This document shows positions 37,627-47,115 of a stretch of 64,000 bases of DNA, piece after piece. The DNA comes from Candidatus Latescibacterota bacterium (lineage in GTDB: Bacteria; Latescibacterota; UBA2968; UBA8231): NCBI GenBank assembly GCA_965203355.1, contig OZ241889.1:1600001-1664000 (forward strand), given 5' to 3'. Both the position numbers and the translations under genes were made by a program. The stretch's first letter is position 1. Every line of letters begins with the position of its first letter. A model generated the notes under the pieces. The model was not told where the DNA came from, did no database searches, and was given only the letters and a program-made list of their open reading frames with translations.

Positions 37627-38607
37627 TTAACGCTTGAAAGCCAGCCCGGCCGCGTAGGTCGTGCCCGCCGCGGTATTGCAGCCGGCCGCAATGTGGAATA
37701 GGTCAACGCCGATTTCGAGGTGCTTACTGAGCGACCAGCTCAAGCCTGGGGCCAGCTTGAGGATGTTTTGGTCGCCGACCAGACCGCCTTGTCCCATCGC
37801 GCCGCAATCACCCAGGGTGCGCGTCCCCTCGACCGCGCCTTTGACTAGCAGGCGTTTATAGGTGACGCCGGCTTCAACGCCGTAGAAGAATTCGTCGCTA
37901 AAGGCTCCGCCTCGCTTGCGATAGCCGACCGCGCTCGTCCAATAGCCGGGGAGTGGATACAGCGACTTGCCCACCAACAGGCGCATGTCGATGTCGCGCT
38001 CGCCCGTGCCCAAGAGGACCTTGTCGTCGGCATCGGCGCCGCCATCTACTGGACTCGGCCCCAAGCCAAGCCCGCCCGCGCCGAGGGAGCCAATGCGCTC
38101 TTGCTCCACGTCGTAGCCCAAGGGGAATTTGCCCCCTAGCGCGAGCGAGACTACCGCTGGATTGCGCAGCAAGCGCCAGCGCAGGCGCAGTTCCAAATCG
38201 GCCAGCCCCGAGTTGATTTCGTCGGGATGGATGCGGGTTATGGTGGTATCGAGCAGGTCGCTTTTGAATGCCTTCACCTCGGTATTCTTGTACACTAAGC
38301 GCTTATAGGGTAGGGTGGCCACCAAGGTCAAGTGCTCTCGCAAACCGCATTCTAGGTAAGCCGATATACTCTCGTCGCTCAATGCTTCCACGCTGGGTTT
38401 TGCCGCGCGTGCCCGCCGCTCGCCGGCGATGTCCAGATAGTCTTGCGAGTGAAAGGAAAGTCCGGCGATTTTGAAGTACATGCCGCCTGGAGCCAGCGTC
38501 CAAGCACCAGCGTGTAGTTGGGCGGGGGCGATTGCTAGCAGGATAGCCGCCAGCGGGATCCAGGGTCGCCGTGGGCGGAGCGAATTGGGTCGAGTGTTGG
38601 AGTGCAT
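37627..38607 (-). CDS. Hypothetical outer-membrane beta-barrel-like protein
   Basis: Signal peptide (LHAGAW), amphipathic strands, GLADLEL motif, aromatic residue near the C-terminus. Confidence 0.6.
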   Translation of the reverse strand: MHSNTRPNSLRPRRPWIPLAAILLAIAPAQLHAGAWTLAPGGMYFKIAGLSFHSQDYLDIAGERRARAAKPSVEALSDESISAYLECGLREHLTLVATLPYKRLVYKNTEVKAFKSDLLDTTITRIHPDEINSGLADLELRLRWRLLRNPAVVSLALGGKFPLGYDVEQERIGSLGAGGLGLGPSPVDGGADADDKVLLGTGERDIDMRLLVGKSLYPLPGYWTSAVGYRKRGGAFSDEFFYGVEAGVTYKRLLVKGAVEGTRTLGDCGAMGQGGLVGDQNILKLAPGLSWSLSKHLEIGVDLFHIAAGCNTAAGTTYAAGLAFKR

Positions 38608-38626
38608 AAAATTTCTCGCGGAATGG

Positions 38627-38806
38627 GTTAGTGGTCAGTGGTTAGTGGTCCGTGGTCCGTCCCCTCCGCTCGTAGGGTGTGGTGCGGCGACTGGTCACTG
38701 GCCACCGGTCACCGGCCACTGATTGGTCCGTGGTCCGTCCCCTCTGCTCGTAGGGTGTGGTGCGGCGACTGGTCACTGGCCACTGACCACCGACCACTGA
38801 TTGGCC
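38627..38806. repeat. Heptamer-armed hairpin element as a tandem dimer of 78-bp units (copy E)
   Basis: Near-identical units at 38647-38724 and 38725-38802; core CCGCTCGTAGGGTGTGGTGCGG is shared with copy B. Confidence 0.85.
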
Positions 38807-38908
38807 AGTCGCACGTCATAGGCGCAAACTTCGCTCTGCTTGCGCGGGTCATCGGTATTTGTAATCTATAACGTATTATTTGACAACGATACTACCGAGA
38901 ATAAGCTA

Positions 38909-39253
38909 GTGGGCATCTTTCGCGTTTCCGCCAAAATGAGAAACTGGCAGAATCGGTTCCTGCCGCCAGAGCAACAGGGCCGCGAGGTCGCCTGTGACAT
39001 GCTGGTGGGTTCCGGGGGTGCCGAACTCGTAGCCCCGCTCAAGCTCGAAAAATTGGGGGCCATGCACGTAGCTACCGCGGATGGCACCCAGCACCCATGT
39101 CGCGTTTTCGGCATGGGCGCGCTCGAGGTTCAGGGGCGGATATGTCAAGTCAGAGCCATTGAGCTGCCTCGCGGCACCCAACCGCTGCTGGGAGCCGTTC
39201 CGCTCGAAGAAATGGACCTTGTAAAGCAAAAACTGGGTAGTGGTACATTTTGA
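38909..39253 (+). pseudogene. Degenerate clan AA (retropepsin-like) aspartic protease
   Basis: MLVGSGG where LVD(S/T)GA is expected; ATADG and PLLGAVPLEEMDL retained; C-terminus replaced by the 39221-39266 element. Confidence 0.65.
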
Positions 39254-39266
39254 GATTTAGCTTTAC
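39221..39266. mobile_element. 46-bp AT-rich mini element with inverted ends
   Basis: GTAAAGCAAAA ... TTTAGCTTTAC (10/11 inverted match), starting immediately after the EEMDL codons. Confidence 0.45.
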
Positions 39267-39464
39267 TCCCGTTAAACGGGTCGCCCCGCTCCGCCTGAAC
39301 CCCGGCCCCCAAGCCCGACCTCAACCGTACCGCGACAATTGGAGATTGCCAAATGTACCATGACCAGCCACTGATCCCCAATCCCCTTTCCCCTGACCAG
39401 CCACTGCGGCACTTATAGTAATGGCCGGTGTGTGGACTGACCCCCGAGGCGAGAAAGAACAACC

Positions 39465-40166
39465 ATGCCCGCCCTGATTGCCTTTGACGCCGACGATACT
39501 TTGTGGGAAAACGAGATCTACTTTGAGACGGCCAAAGGCCACTTTAAGCATCTGTTGGCCGCCGATTGCGATCCAGCGTGGACCGAGCAGGAGCTATACG
39601 AGACCGAAATGCGCAACTTGTCCCATTTTGGCTACGGCATCAAAGGCTTCACCTTGTCGATGATCGAGACGGCCCTCGACCTGACGCGGGGCAAGGTAAC
39701 GGGGCCGCAAATCCGCCAGATTTTGGACTATGGCAAAACGCTGTTGCAAATGCCCATCAAGCCGCTATCTCACGTCGAGGAAGTGCTCGCGCACCTGTCC
39801 CAAACGCAGCCCCTGATGCTGCTGACCAAGGGCGACTTGTTCGATCAAGAAGCCAAGATCGCGCGCTCCGGTTTGGCCGACCACTTTACGCACATCGAAA
39901 TTGTCAGCGAAAAAAACGAGCAGACCTATGCGGCTCTGCTCCAGCGCCACGGCGTCGAGCCCGCGGATTTTTGCATGGTCGGCAATTCGCTCAAATCGGA
40001 TATCCTGCCGGTCGTCGCCTTGGGCGGGCACGCCGTCTATGTGCCGTACAACACCACTTGGCGCCACGAACGCGCCGAGCCTTCAGAAGCCGAGCGCCAG
40101 CAATACCACCAAATAGCCCACTTAGGCGAACTGCCCGGCCTGCTCGCCGAGCGGTTCGCAAACTAA
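39465..40166 (+). CDS. HAD-superfamily hydrolase
   Basis: FDADDTLW, LLTKGD, MVGNSLKSDI. Confidence 0.9.
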   Translation: MPALIAFDADDTLWENEIYFETAKGHFKHLLAADCDPAWTEQELYETEMRNLSHFGYGIKGFTLSMIETALDLTRGKVTGPQIRQILDYGKTLLQMPIKPLSHVEEVLAHLSQTQPLMLLTKGDLFDQEAKIARSGLADHFTHIEIVSEKNEQTYAALLQRHGVEPADFCMVGNSLKSDILPVVALGGHAVYVPYNTTWRHERAEPSEAERQQYHQIAHLGELPGLLAERFAN

Positions 40167-40413
40167 AGCCCGGCGTTCCCACCATTATGGCGCAAAAGAA
40201 AACGATCAGACAACGGACGATGGCCGGGCCGCAGGCCGTGCGGACCATTACGGCCGGCCTCTACAAGCTCATGCTGTCCGAGGTGACACCTCGGCAATCC
40301 GAGGGAAATCACCATGCTGAATTTGGCCCCCAAGATCATCGCCATGGCCTTCGGCGCGTTGCCGCGTGGGGCCGGACGATTGCATGGTTCAAACGAGAAT
40401 TGGAGCAATAGCT

Positions 40414-41280
40414 ATGTGTGCTTTTGAGTTGCGAGAGAACGCCCTCGGCGTTGAAATCCACGCGGGCGATCGACTGCTCGCCCTGTACCGCGCCACCGAG
40501 GAACTGCCCCGCGGCGAATCCCCCAAGCCCTGCTTCGCGCCCCTATACACGCTTGCAGGTCAACTCGTGACCGAATATCGCCCGCCTGACCATGCTTGGC
40601 ACACCGGGCTGTACTTCGGTTGGGTCCACGTCAACGACGCGAATTTGTGGGGCGGGCGTTGGTACTTGCCGGAAACAAAGAAATACGAACACGTCGCCGA
40701 CAGCCATGGCGTGCAGCGGCACGATTGCTTCACGGCTTTGGCCGCCGATCAGGTGACCGAGTCGCTTTCTTGGCTCGATGGCGGCGATCGGCTCATGGCG
40801 CGCGAGACGCGCTCTTTTGGTTTTAGCCGCACTGAGGGGGGCTACTGCTTGTGGATCTCCACGCGCATTGAGCCCGTGGGCGATCGGTTGGTGATGGGGG
40901 CCTCGCGGGCGGCGCGCTACTCGGGATTGGTGCTGCGGATGGGGCCTTCTTTTGCCGAGGCCGACCACTATTGCAGCGAAGGTCGCCAAGGCCACGCAAA
41001 CATCATGCACCAACGCGCCCGTTGGGTGGGGGCACGCGGAAAAAACGGCGGCTTTGTCGCGCTCATGGATCACCCGCGCAATCCGCGCCACCCGGTCCCT
41101 TGGTTCACTCGCGCCAACTTGCTGGGCACGGGCCTGCTGATAGAAGGCGACTTAGCGCTGACTGCCGGCGAGTGCTTGGAACTACACCACGCCTTGTTCA
41201 TCTTAGACCAAGACCCCGGTCCCACGCAAATAGAATCCCTGTACGCGGACTTTGCTGCTTCCGCTGGAGAATTGCCATGA
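40414..41280 (+). CDS. Beta-sandwich protein of the so-called PmoA (PF14100-type) family, probably carbohydrate-related
   Basis: KPCFAPL...PPDHAWHTGLYFG, YSGLVLR, DHPRNPRHP..WF.R. Confidence 0.7.
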   Translation: MCAFELRENALGVEIHAGDRLLALYRATEELPRGESPKPCFAPLYTLAGQLVTEYRPPDHAWHTGLYFGWVHVNDANLWGGRWYLPETKKYEHVADSHGVQRHDCFTALAADQVTESLSWLDGGDRLMARETRSFGFSRTEGGYCLWISTRIEPVGDRLVMGASRAARYSGLVLRMGPSFAEADHYCSEGRQGHANIMHQRARWVGARGKNGGFVALMDHPRNPRHPVPWFTRANLLGTGLLIEGDLALTAGECLELHHALFILDQDPGPTQIESLYADFAASAGELP

Positions 41281-42692
41281 GGTTGTGGTGCCTCCCGGGA
41301 TTGTTGCTGCTCGCCTGTGCTTCAACGCCCAAAGTGGAATACCCGGTCCTCGACTTGGCCCCGCCGGACCAATGGATGGCTGGAGCCTCAGAGGGCATCA
41401 TCACCGACCCCTGGTGGCGTGCTATGGGGGCCGTGCGTCTCGACAGCTTGGTGGCGTTGGCCTGGGCGCACAATTACAATCTCAAGATCGCTGGTGCGCG
41501 TCTGGCCCAAGCCCAAGCGCAAGCCCGGGCGGCCGGGGCGCCGCTCTGGCCCCAACTCAGCGCCCAAGCCAACGGCTCCCAGCGCAAACAAAATTTCGTC
41601 GGCTTGCCCATTCCTATGAGCGATCCGGATCAGGTCTTGTCCTCCGAGAGCGCATCCTTTGGCGTCGATCTGACTGGGAGTTGGGAAGCCGACCTGTGGG
41701 GGCGCTTGCGCGCGGGTGCCCAAGCCGCGCTCGCCGATGCCGCGGCCGCGGCCGCTGATTTTCGCGCGGCGCGTCTCTCGCTGGCCGCGCAGACCGCGCG
41801 GGCTTATTTCGCGGCGGTCGAAGCCGGGCACCAAGTCGAGCTAGCGCGCGCGGCCGTTGCAAACTACCGGCTCTCCACCGAACAGATAGAAGATCGCTAT
41901 CGCCGCGGCGTGCGCTCGTCGCTCGACGTGCGCTTGGGCCGGTCGAGTTTGGCCGCGGCCGCGGCAACGCTCGCTCAACGCCGCCAACAGCGGGATGCGG
42001 CCCTGCGCCAGCTTGAATTGCTTTTGGGGCGCTACCCCAGTGCCCGGATTGAAGTCGGAGCCGAACTGCCGGCGGTCGGCGGCCCGGTTCCAGCCGGCCT
42101 ACCGGCCCAGCTCGTGGGCCGTCGGCCCGACCTCGCGGCGGCTGAGCGCCGCCTCGCCGCGGCCGACCGCCGGCTGGCCCAAGCTCGACGCGCCCTGTTG
42201 CCCCGCATCAGTCTCACGGCCTCCACGGGCCGCTCGTCGAGCGCGTTGAGCGATTTGCTCGATGGCGATTTTTCGGTCTGGAATCTCGTGGGCAATATCG
42301 CGCAGCCCCTGTTGCAAGGGGGGCGTCTGCGCGCTGGGGTTGAGCAGGCTGCTTCCGCGGCTGAGCAAGCCCTCTTTGCCTATGCCCAGAGTGCCCTTAG
42401 AGCCTACGGCGAGGTGGAAGCTGCACTGCATGCCGAAGGCTTACTCGCCGACCAAGAACGAGCACTCGCCACGGCCGCGGAAGAAGCCGTGGCCGCACGC
42501 GCTTTAGCCGAAGATCGCTACGCCCGCGGGCTCGCGGATCTGATCGCCCTGCTGGAGTCGCAGCGCCGGGCCTTTGACGCTGAAAGCCGCTTGCTCGCCG
42601 TGCGTCGCCAGCGCCTCGATACGCGCATTGATTTGCATCTAGCGCTTGGCGGCGGCTTTACCCTTGCCCCTCAGCCCGCGGAGATTCAGTAA
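41277..42692 (+). CDS. RND efflux outer-membrane lipoprotein (NodT/OprM family)
   Basis: ATGA overlap; lipobox LLAC; SWEADLWGR, RRPDLAAAE, LHLALGGG. Confidence 0.92.
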   Translation: MRLWCLPGLLLLACASTPKVEYPVLDLAPPDQWMAGASEGIITDPWWRAMGAVRLDSLVALAWAHNYNLKIAGARLAQAQAQARAAGAPLWPQLSAQANGSQRKQNFVGLPIPMSDPDQVLSSESASFGVDLTGSWEADLWGRLRAGAQAALADAAAAAADFRAARLSLAAQTARAYFAAVEAGHQVELARAAVANYRLSTEQIEDRYRRGVRSSLDVRLGRSSLAAAAATLAQRRQQRDAALRQLELLLGRYPSARIEVGAELPAVGGPVPAGLPAQLVGRRPDLAAAERRLAAADRRLAQARRALLPRISLTASTGRSSSALSDLLDGDFSVWNLVGNIAQPLLQGGRLRAGVEQAASAAEQALFAYAQSALRAYGEVEAALHAEGLLADQERALATAAEEAVAARALAEDRYARGLADLIALLESQRRAFDAESRLLAVRRQRLDTRIDLHLALGGGFTLAPQPAEIQ

Positions 42693-43915
42693 TGATGCGC
42701 GTTTTCAAAATAATTTTGCCGATCCTCATTCTCGCTCTTGGCGTTGGGGCCTTCCAACTGCTGGCCTCTATGCGCGAGCCGCCCCAGCGCGTCTCCCGCT
42801 CCTATGCCGGCCCGCTCGTCGAAGCCGTAGCCGCCCCGCTGCAACAGGTCCAGGTCGTCGTTGAGGGGCAGGGTACGGTGCGCCCCGATGCCCAAATCGA
42901 CCTAGTGCCGCAGGTGTCGGGCCTGGTGGTGTGGAAGGACGCCGACTTCAAGCCCGGCGGCACCTTTGTCAAGGGTGCGCTGCTGTTTCGGATGGACCCA
43001 CGCGACTACGAACTCGCCGTTCAACAGGCCGAGGTCCAAGTGGCGCAGGCGCGCTATCAGCTCGATTTGGCCCGCGAGGAAGCCTCCATCGCCGCGGAGG
43101 AGTGGCAGCGGTTGTACGCGCAAGAAGCGCCCACCGACTTGGTGCTGCGCAAACCCCAGCTGCGCGCCGCCGAGGCCGGTCTCCAAGGAGCGGAAGCGCG
43201 CCTCGCCGAAGCGCAGTTGCGCTTAGATCGCACCCGGGTGTACGCCCCCTTTGCTGGCCGGGTGCGCACGGTGCGCGTCGATGTCGGCCAGCACCTCAAC
43301 GCCGGCCAATCCATCGCCCAGCTATACAGCATCGAAAAGGCCGAGATCGTCGTTCCCGTCCCGGACGAAGATCTCGGCTGGTTTACGCTGCCGCTGCCCA
43401 TCGCCATGGCCGATAACGCCGGGGCTATTTCCGATCTCAACGTCGAGGGGGGTGTCTTTAGCCGCGAGGGCGCTAGCGCAGTGGTCAGCGGTGCCTTTGC
43501 TGGCCGCCGCCACGAGTGGAGCGGCCGCGTGGTGCGGACCGAAGGCGAACTCGATCCGCAAAGCCGCATGGTGCGCTTAGTAGTAGAGGTCGCAGCACCC
43601 TACGGTGGCCTGGCCGACGGGGTTCCGCCGCTGACGGTGGGGATGTTCGTCGAGGTGGCCATTGCCGGTCGTGCGGTCGATGGCGTCCGCGTCTTGCCGC
43701 GCGCTGCTTTGCGTCAGGGGGACCGCGTGTGGACGGTGGGCCGCGACGGCGTCCTCAGCATTCGCCGAATGCGCGTGGTGCGCGCACTTGAAGATGAGGT
43801 ACTGGCCTATATCGACATGCCCCCTGAAGAGCGGGTCATCGTCTCGCAACTCAGCGGCGTCACCGACGGGATGCAGGTGCGCCTTGCCGACGGCAACTTA
43901 GGAGGTCAACCGTGA
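42692..43915 (+). CDS. RND efflux periplasmic adaptor subunit
   Basis: PQVSG, RVYAPFAG, LTVGMFV. Confidence 0.92.
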   Translation: MMRVFKIILPILILALGVGAFQLLASMREPPQRVSRSYAGPLVEAVAAPLQQVQVVVEGQGTVRPDAQIDLVPQVSGLVVWKDADFKPGGTFVKGALLFRMDPRDYELAVQQAEVQVAQARYQLDLAREEASIAAEEWQRLYAQEAPTDLVLRKPQLRAAEAGLQGAEARLAEAQLRLDRTRVYAPFAGRVRTVRVDVGQHLNAGQSIAQLYSIEKAEIVVPVPDEDLGWFTLPLPIAMADNAGAISDLNVEGGVFSREGASAVVSGAFAGRRHEWSGRVVRTEGELDPQSRMVRLVVEVAAPYGGLADGVPPLTVGMFVEVAIAGRAVDGVRVLPRAALRQGDRVWTVGRDGVLSIRRMRVVRALEDEVLAYIDMPPEERVIVSQLSGVTDGMQVRLADGNLGGQP

Positions 43916-46900
43916 AAGCACCTGTGTCTTGGATGGCGAAAAACCACGTCGCCGCCAATTTGCTGATGGGTTTCATCCTGTTGAGCGGTCTGTTTGCCAT
44001 GATGCAGACCAAGAAAGAGACCTTCCCCGAAATGTCGCTCGATCAGGTGCAAATCCAAGTGCCCTATCTGGGCGCGACCCCGGCCGAGGTCGAAGACGCT
44101 GTCTGCAAGCGCATTGAGGAGCGGGTGCGCGGCTTAGAGGGGGTGCGTCGCGTGCGCTCCACCGCCGCTGAAGGCATGGGCTCGGTCAGCGTTGAGCTAG
44201 AGCGCGGGGCCGACATGGACAAACTCCTCGACGACATCAAAAGCGAAATCGACCGCATCGACACCTTTCCCGCCGAGACCGAAGAGCCGGTCATCAAGGA
44301 ACTGACTCGCCGCAATCAAGCCATCGACGTGGTGCTCTACGGCGATGTCGAGGAAAAGGCGCTCAAAGTCGCGGCCGAACGAGTGCGCGACGACCTGCGC
44401 AGCAGCGGCGTTATTTCGCAGGTCGAGCTCCATGGCGTGCGCGTTGATGAAATTGCCATTGAAGTCTCCGAAGCGGCGCTGCGCCGCTACGGCTTGACCT
44501 TCGCGCAGGTCGCCGACGCGGTCCGCCGCACGAGCATTGACCTGCCCGCCGGTAGCGTCGAGAGCGAGGATGGCGCGATCTTGCTCCGCACCGAGGGGCT
44601 GATGCGCTCGGGGCGCGAATACGAAGAAGTGGTCGTGCTCACCCGCCCCGACGGCACCGCCCTCAAGCTCAAAGACGTGGCCACGGTCGTCGATGGCTTT
44701 GAGGATACCGATCTCGTCTCGCGCTTCAACGGCCAGCCAGCGGCCGTGGTGCAGGTCTTTCGCATTGGCGACCAGAACGCCCTCGACATCTCCACCTATG
44801 TCCACCAGTACATCGAGGACAAACGCTCCACCCTGCCAGCGGGGATCCACATCGGCTACGCCCGCGACGACGCGCGCATCCTGCGCAGTCGCATTGATTT
44901 GTTGATCCGCAACGCCCGCCTTGGGCTGGTGCTGGTCTTCATCTGTCTGAGCTTCTTCCTCGACCTGCGCTTGGCCTTTTGGGTGATGATGGGCATTCCC
45001 ATCAGCTTTTTGGGAGCCTTTGTGCTGATGGAGCCTTTTGACGCCTCGATCAATATGCTGTCGCTGTTCGCCTTTATCGTGGCCTTGGGCATTGTCGTCG
45101 ATGACGCGATCATCGTCGGCGAAAACATTTTTTCTCACCGCAAAAAGGGAAAGTCCTTTGGCCGCGCCGCCATTGACGGCGCACTCGAAGTGGGTACGCC
45201 GGTCGCGTTCTCAATTATGACCTCGATTGCGGCCTTTATGCCGCTGTTTTTCGTCGAGGGCATGATGGGTAAGTTCATGTCGATCATCCCGGTGATCGTC
45301 ATCTCGGTGCTCCTGCTGTCGCTGGTCGAGAGTCTGCTCATTCTGCCGGCGCACTTATCTTCTGAGGGGGACGGGCCGCTCAGTCGCCTCTTTCGCCGGG
45401 TTTTCCGCCACCCACTCGATTGGCACGCCCGGGTCGTCATCCTCTTTGACCGCGGCCTCCAGTACGTCATCCGCCATATCTATCAGCCCACGCTGCGCTT
45501 GGCGCTGGCCCATCCGATTTCCAGTGCCGCCTTGGCCTTATCGCTGATGCTGTGTACCGCCGGGCTGGTTCATGGCGGTCATATCAAGTTCGCGTTTATG
45601 CCTGAGATCGGGTCCGATTGGGTGACGATAGCGGTCAACATGCCGCAGGGCACTACGGCGACTCAGACCGCCAACGTCGTGCGACACATCGAAGAAAAGG
45701 CCATCGTCCTGCGCGATCAGATCGATGCCGAGCGCGCGGGCGGGGCTTCAATCTACCGCAATGTCTTTACCTACATCGGCGACCAACCTACGGCCCGGCG
45801 TTCTTCCTTTTCCAGTGTCCGCGGGGCGGGCGGCCAAGGACATCTGGCCGAAATTACCATCGAACTGTTGCCTTCCGAAGAACGCGATCTCGACAGCGCG
45901 GAGATCGAGGCGCGTCTGCGCCAATCGGTTGGCGAGGTGCCCGGCCCGGAATCCATTGTTTTTTCTTCGTCGCTGTTTTCCGTTGGCAATCCCATTGAGG
46001 TCGAGCTCGCCTCGGACCATTTCGATCAGCTCTTGTTGGCGGTCGAGCGCTTCAGGGGCAAAATCGCCGAGTACGCCGGCACCGGCGATATCCAAGACAG
46101 CTTTGAAGAGGGCAAGCTGGAGATGAAACTCCAACTCAAGCCCCAAGCCCGCACCCTCGGCCTCACGCTTTCCGATCTCGCGCGCCAAGTGCGCCAGGGT
46201 TTCTACGGCGACCAAGCCCTGCGCTTCCAGCGCGGCTCGGATGACGTGCGGGTGATGGTGCGCTATCCCAAAGAGGAGCGCCGGAACGCCGGCGATGTGC
46301 GCTCGATGCGCATCCGCACGCCTTCGGGTGCTGAGGTGCCCTTTGCCGAGGTGGCCACCGTGGCCGTCGGCCACGCCTATGCCTCCATCCAGCGCACCGA
46401 TGGCCAGCGCGTTGTGCGGGTAAGTGCCTCGGTAGATGACCAAATCGCCAACGCCGACGAAATCAATCGCGATCTCGAAGCGTTTTTCCTGCCCGCCTTG
46501 GTGCAGGACTATCCCGGCCTGCGCTACCGCTTCGGTGGCGAGCAGCAGGAGCAGCAGGACTCGCTACAGAGCTTGTTGTTCAACTTCGTCATCGCGCTGG
46601 CCGCCATCTACGTGCTGCTGGCCGTGCCATTCAAATCGTACACCCAGCCCCTCGTCGTCATGAGCGCGATTCCCTTTGGCATCATTGGCGCGGTTTGGGG
46701 GCATCTGCTGATGGGCTTGGATTTGGCCCTTTTGAGCTTGTTTGGGATCGTCGCGCTCTCGGGCGTGGTGGTCAACGATTCGCTGGTGCTGCTGACCTTC
46801 TACAACCAGATGCGGCGCGAAGGTACGCCGCACGAAGAAGCACTGGTCGCAGCCGGAGCCGCGCGTTTCCGTCCGATCCTACTTACCTCGCTGACGACCT

Positions 46901-47115
46901 TCTTTGGGCTCCTGCCGATGATCCTCGAAAAAAGCCTTCAAGCGCAGTTCCTGATCCCCATGGCGGTCAGCTTGGGTTTTGGCATCCTCTTTGCCACCTT
47001 CATCATTTTGTTGGGCGTCCCAGTGGGCATGCGCCTGCTGGTGGGTTTCTTGGAGTTTTGGGGGCGGTTGAGCGAGAGCAAGGGTGCCGAGGTCGCGCCG
47101 GTTACCGGCTCTTGA
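43912..47115 (+). CDS. RND efflux transporter permease (AcrB family)
   Basis: LGIVVDDAIIVGEN, GVVVNDS, RFRPILLTSLTT. Confidence 0.95.
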   Translation: MKAPVSWMAKNHVAANLLMGFILLSGLFAMMQTKKETFPEMSLDQVQIQVPYLGATPAEVEDAVCKRIEERVRGLEGVRRVRSTAAEGMGSVSVELERGADMDKLLDDIKSEIDRIDTFPAETEEPVIKELTRRNQAIDVVLYGDVEEKALKVAAERVRDDLRSSGVISQVELHGVRVDEIAIEVSEAALRRYGLTFAQVADAVRRTSIDLPAGSVESEDGAILLRTEGLMRSGREYEEVVVLTRPDGTALKLKDVATVVDGFEDTDLVSRFNGQPAAVVQVFRIGDQNALDISTYVHQYIEDKRSTLPAGIHIGYARDDARILRSRIDLLIRNARLGLVLVFICLSFFLDLRLAFWVMMGIPISFLGAFVLMEPFDASINMLSLFAFIVALGIVVDDAIIVGENIFSHRKKGKSFGRAAIDGALEVGTPVAFSIMTSIAAFMPLFFVEGMMGKFMSIIPVIVISVLLLSLVESLLILPAHLSSEGDGPLSRLFRRVFRHPLDWHARVVILFDRGLQYVIRHIYQPTLRLALAHPISSAALALSLMLCTAGLVHGGHIKFAFMPEIGSDWVTIAVNMPQGTTATQTANVVRHIEEKAIVLRDQIDAERAGGASIYRNVFTYIGDQPTARRSSFSSVRGAGGQGHLAEITIELLPSEERDLDSAEIEARLRQSVGEVPGPESIVFSSSLFSVGNPIEVELASDHFDQLLLAVERFRGKIAEYAGTGDIQDSFEEGKLEMKLQLKPQARTLGLTLSDLARQVRQGFYGDQALRFQRGSDDVRVMVRYPKEERRNAGDVRSMRIRTPSGAEVPFAEVATVAVGHAYASIQRTDGQRVVRVSASVDDQIANADEINRDLEAFFLPALVQDYPGLRYRFGGEQQEQQDSLQSLLFNFVIALAAIYVLLAVPFKSYTQPLVVMSAIPFGIIGAVWGHLLMGLDLALLSLFGIVALSGVVVNDSLVLLTFYNQMRREGTPHEEALVAAGAARFRPILLTSLTTFFGLLPMILEKSLQAQFLIPMAVSLGFGILFATFIILLGVPVGMRLLVGFLEFWGRLSESKGAEVAPVTGS

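Noticed and set aside
38627-38806. Possible CRISPR mini-array
   Set aside because: The two 78-bp units are near-identical throughout, with no unique spacers and no cas genes.
40414-41280. Methane oxidation implied by the PmoA family label
   Set aside because: The protein is soluble and lacks the TM helices of particulate methane monooxygenase; no pmoB or pmoC is present.
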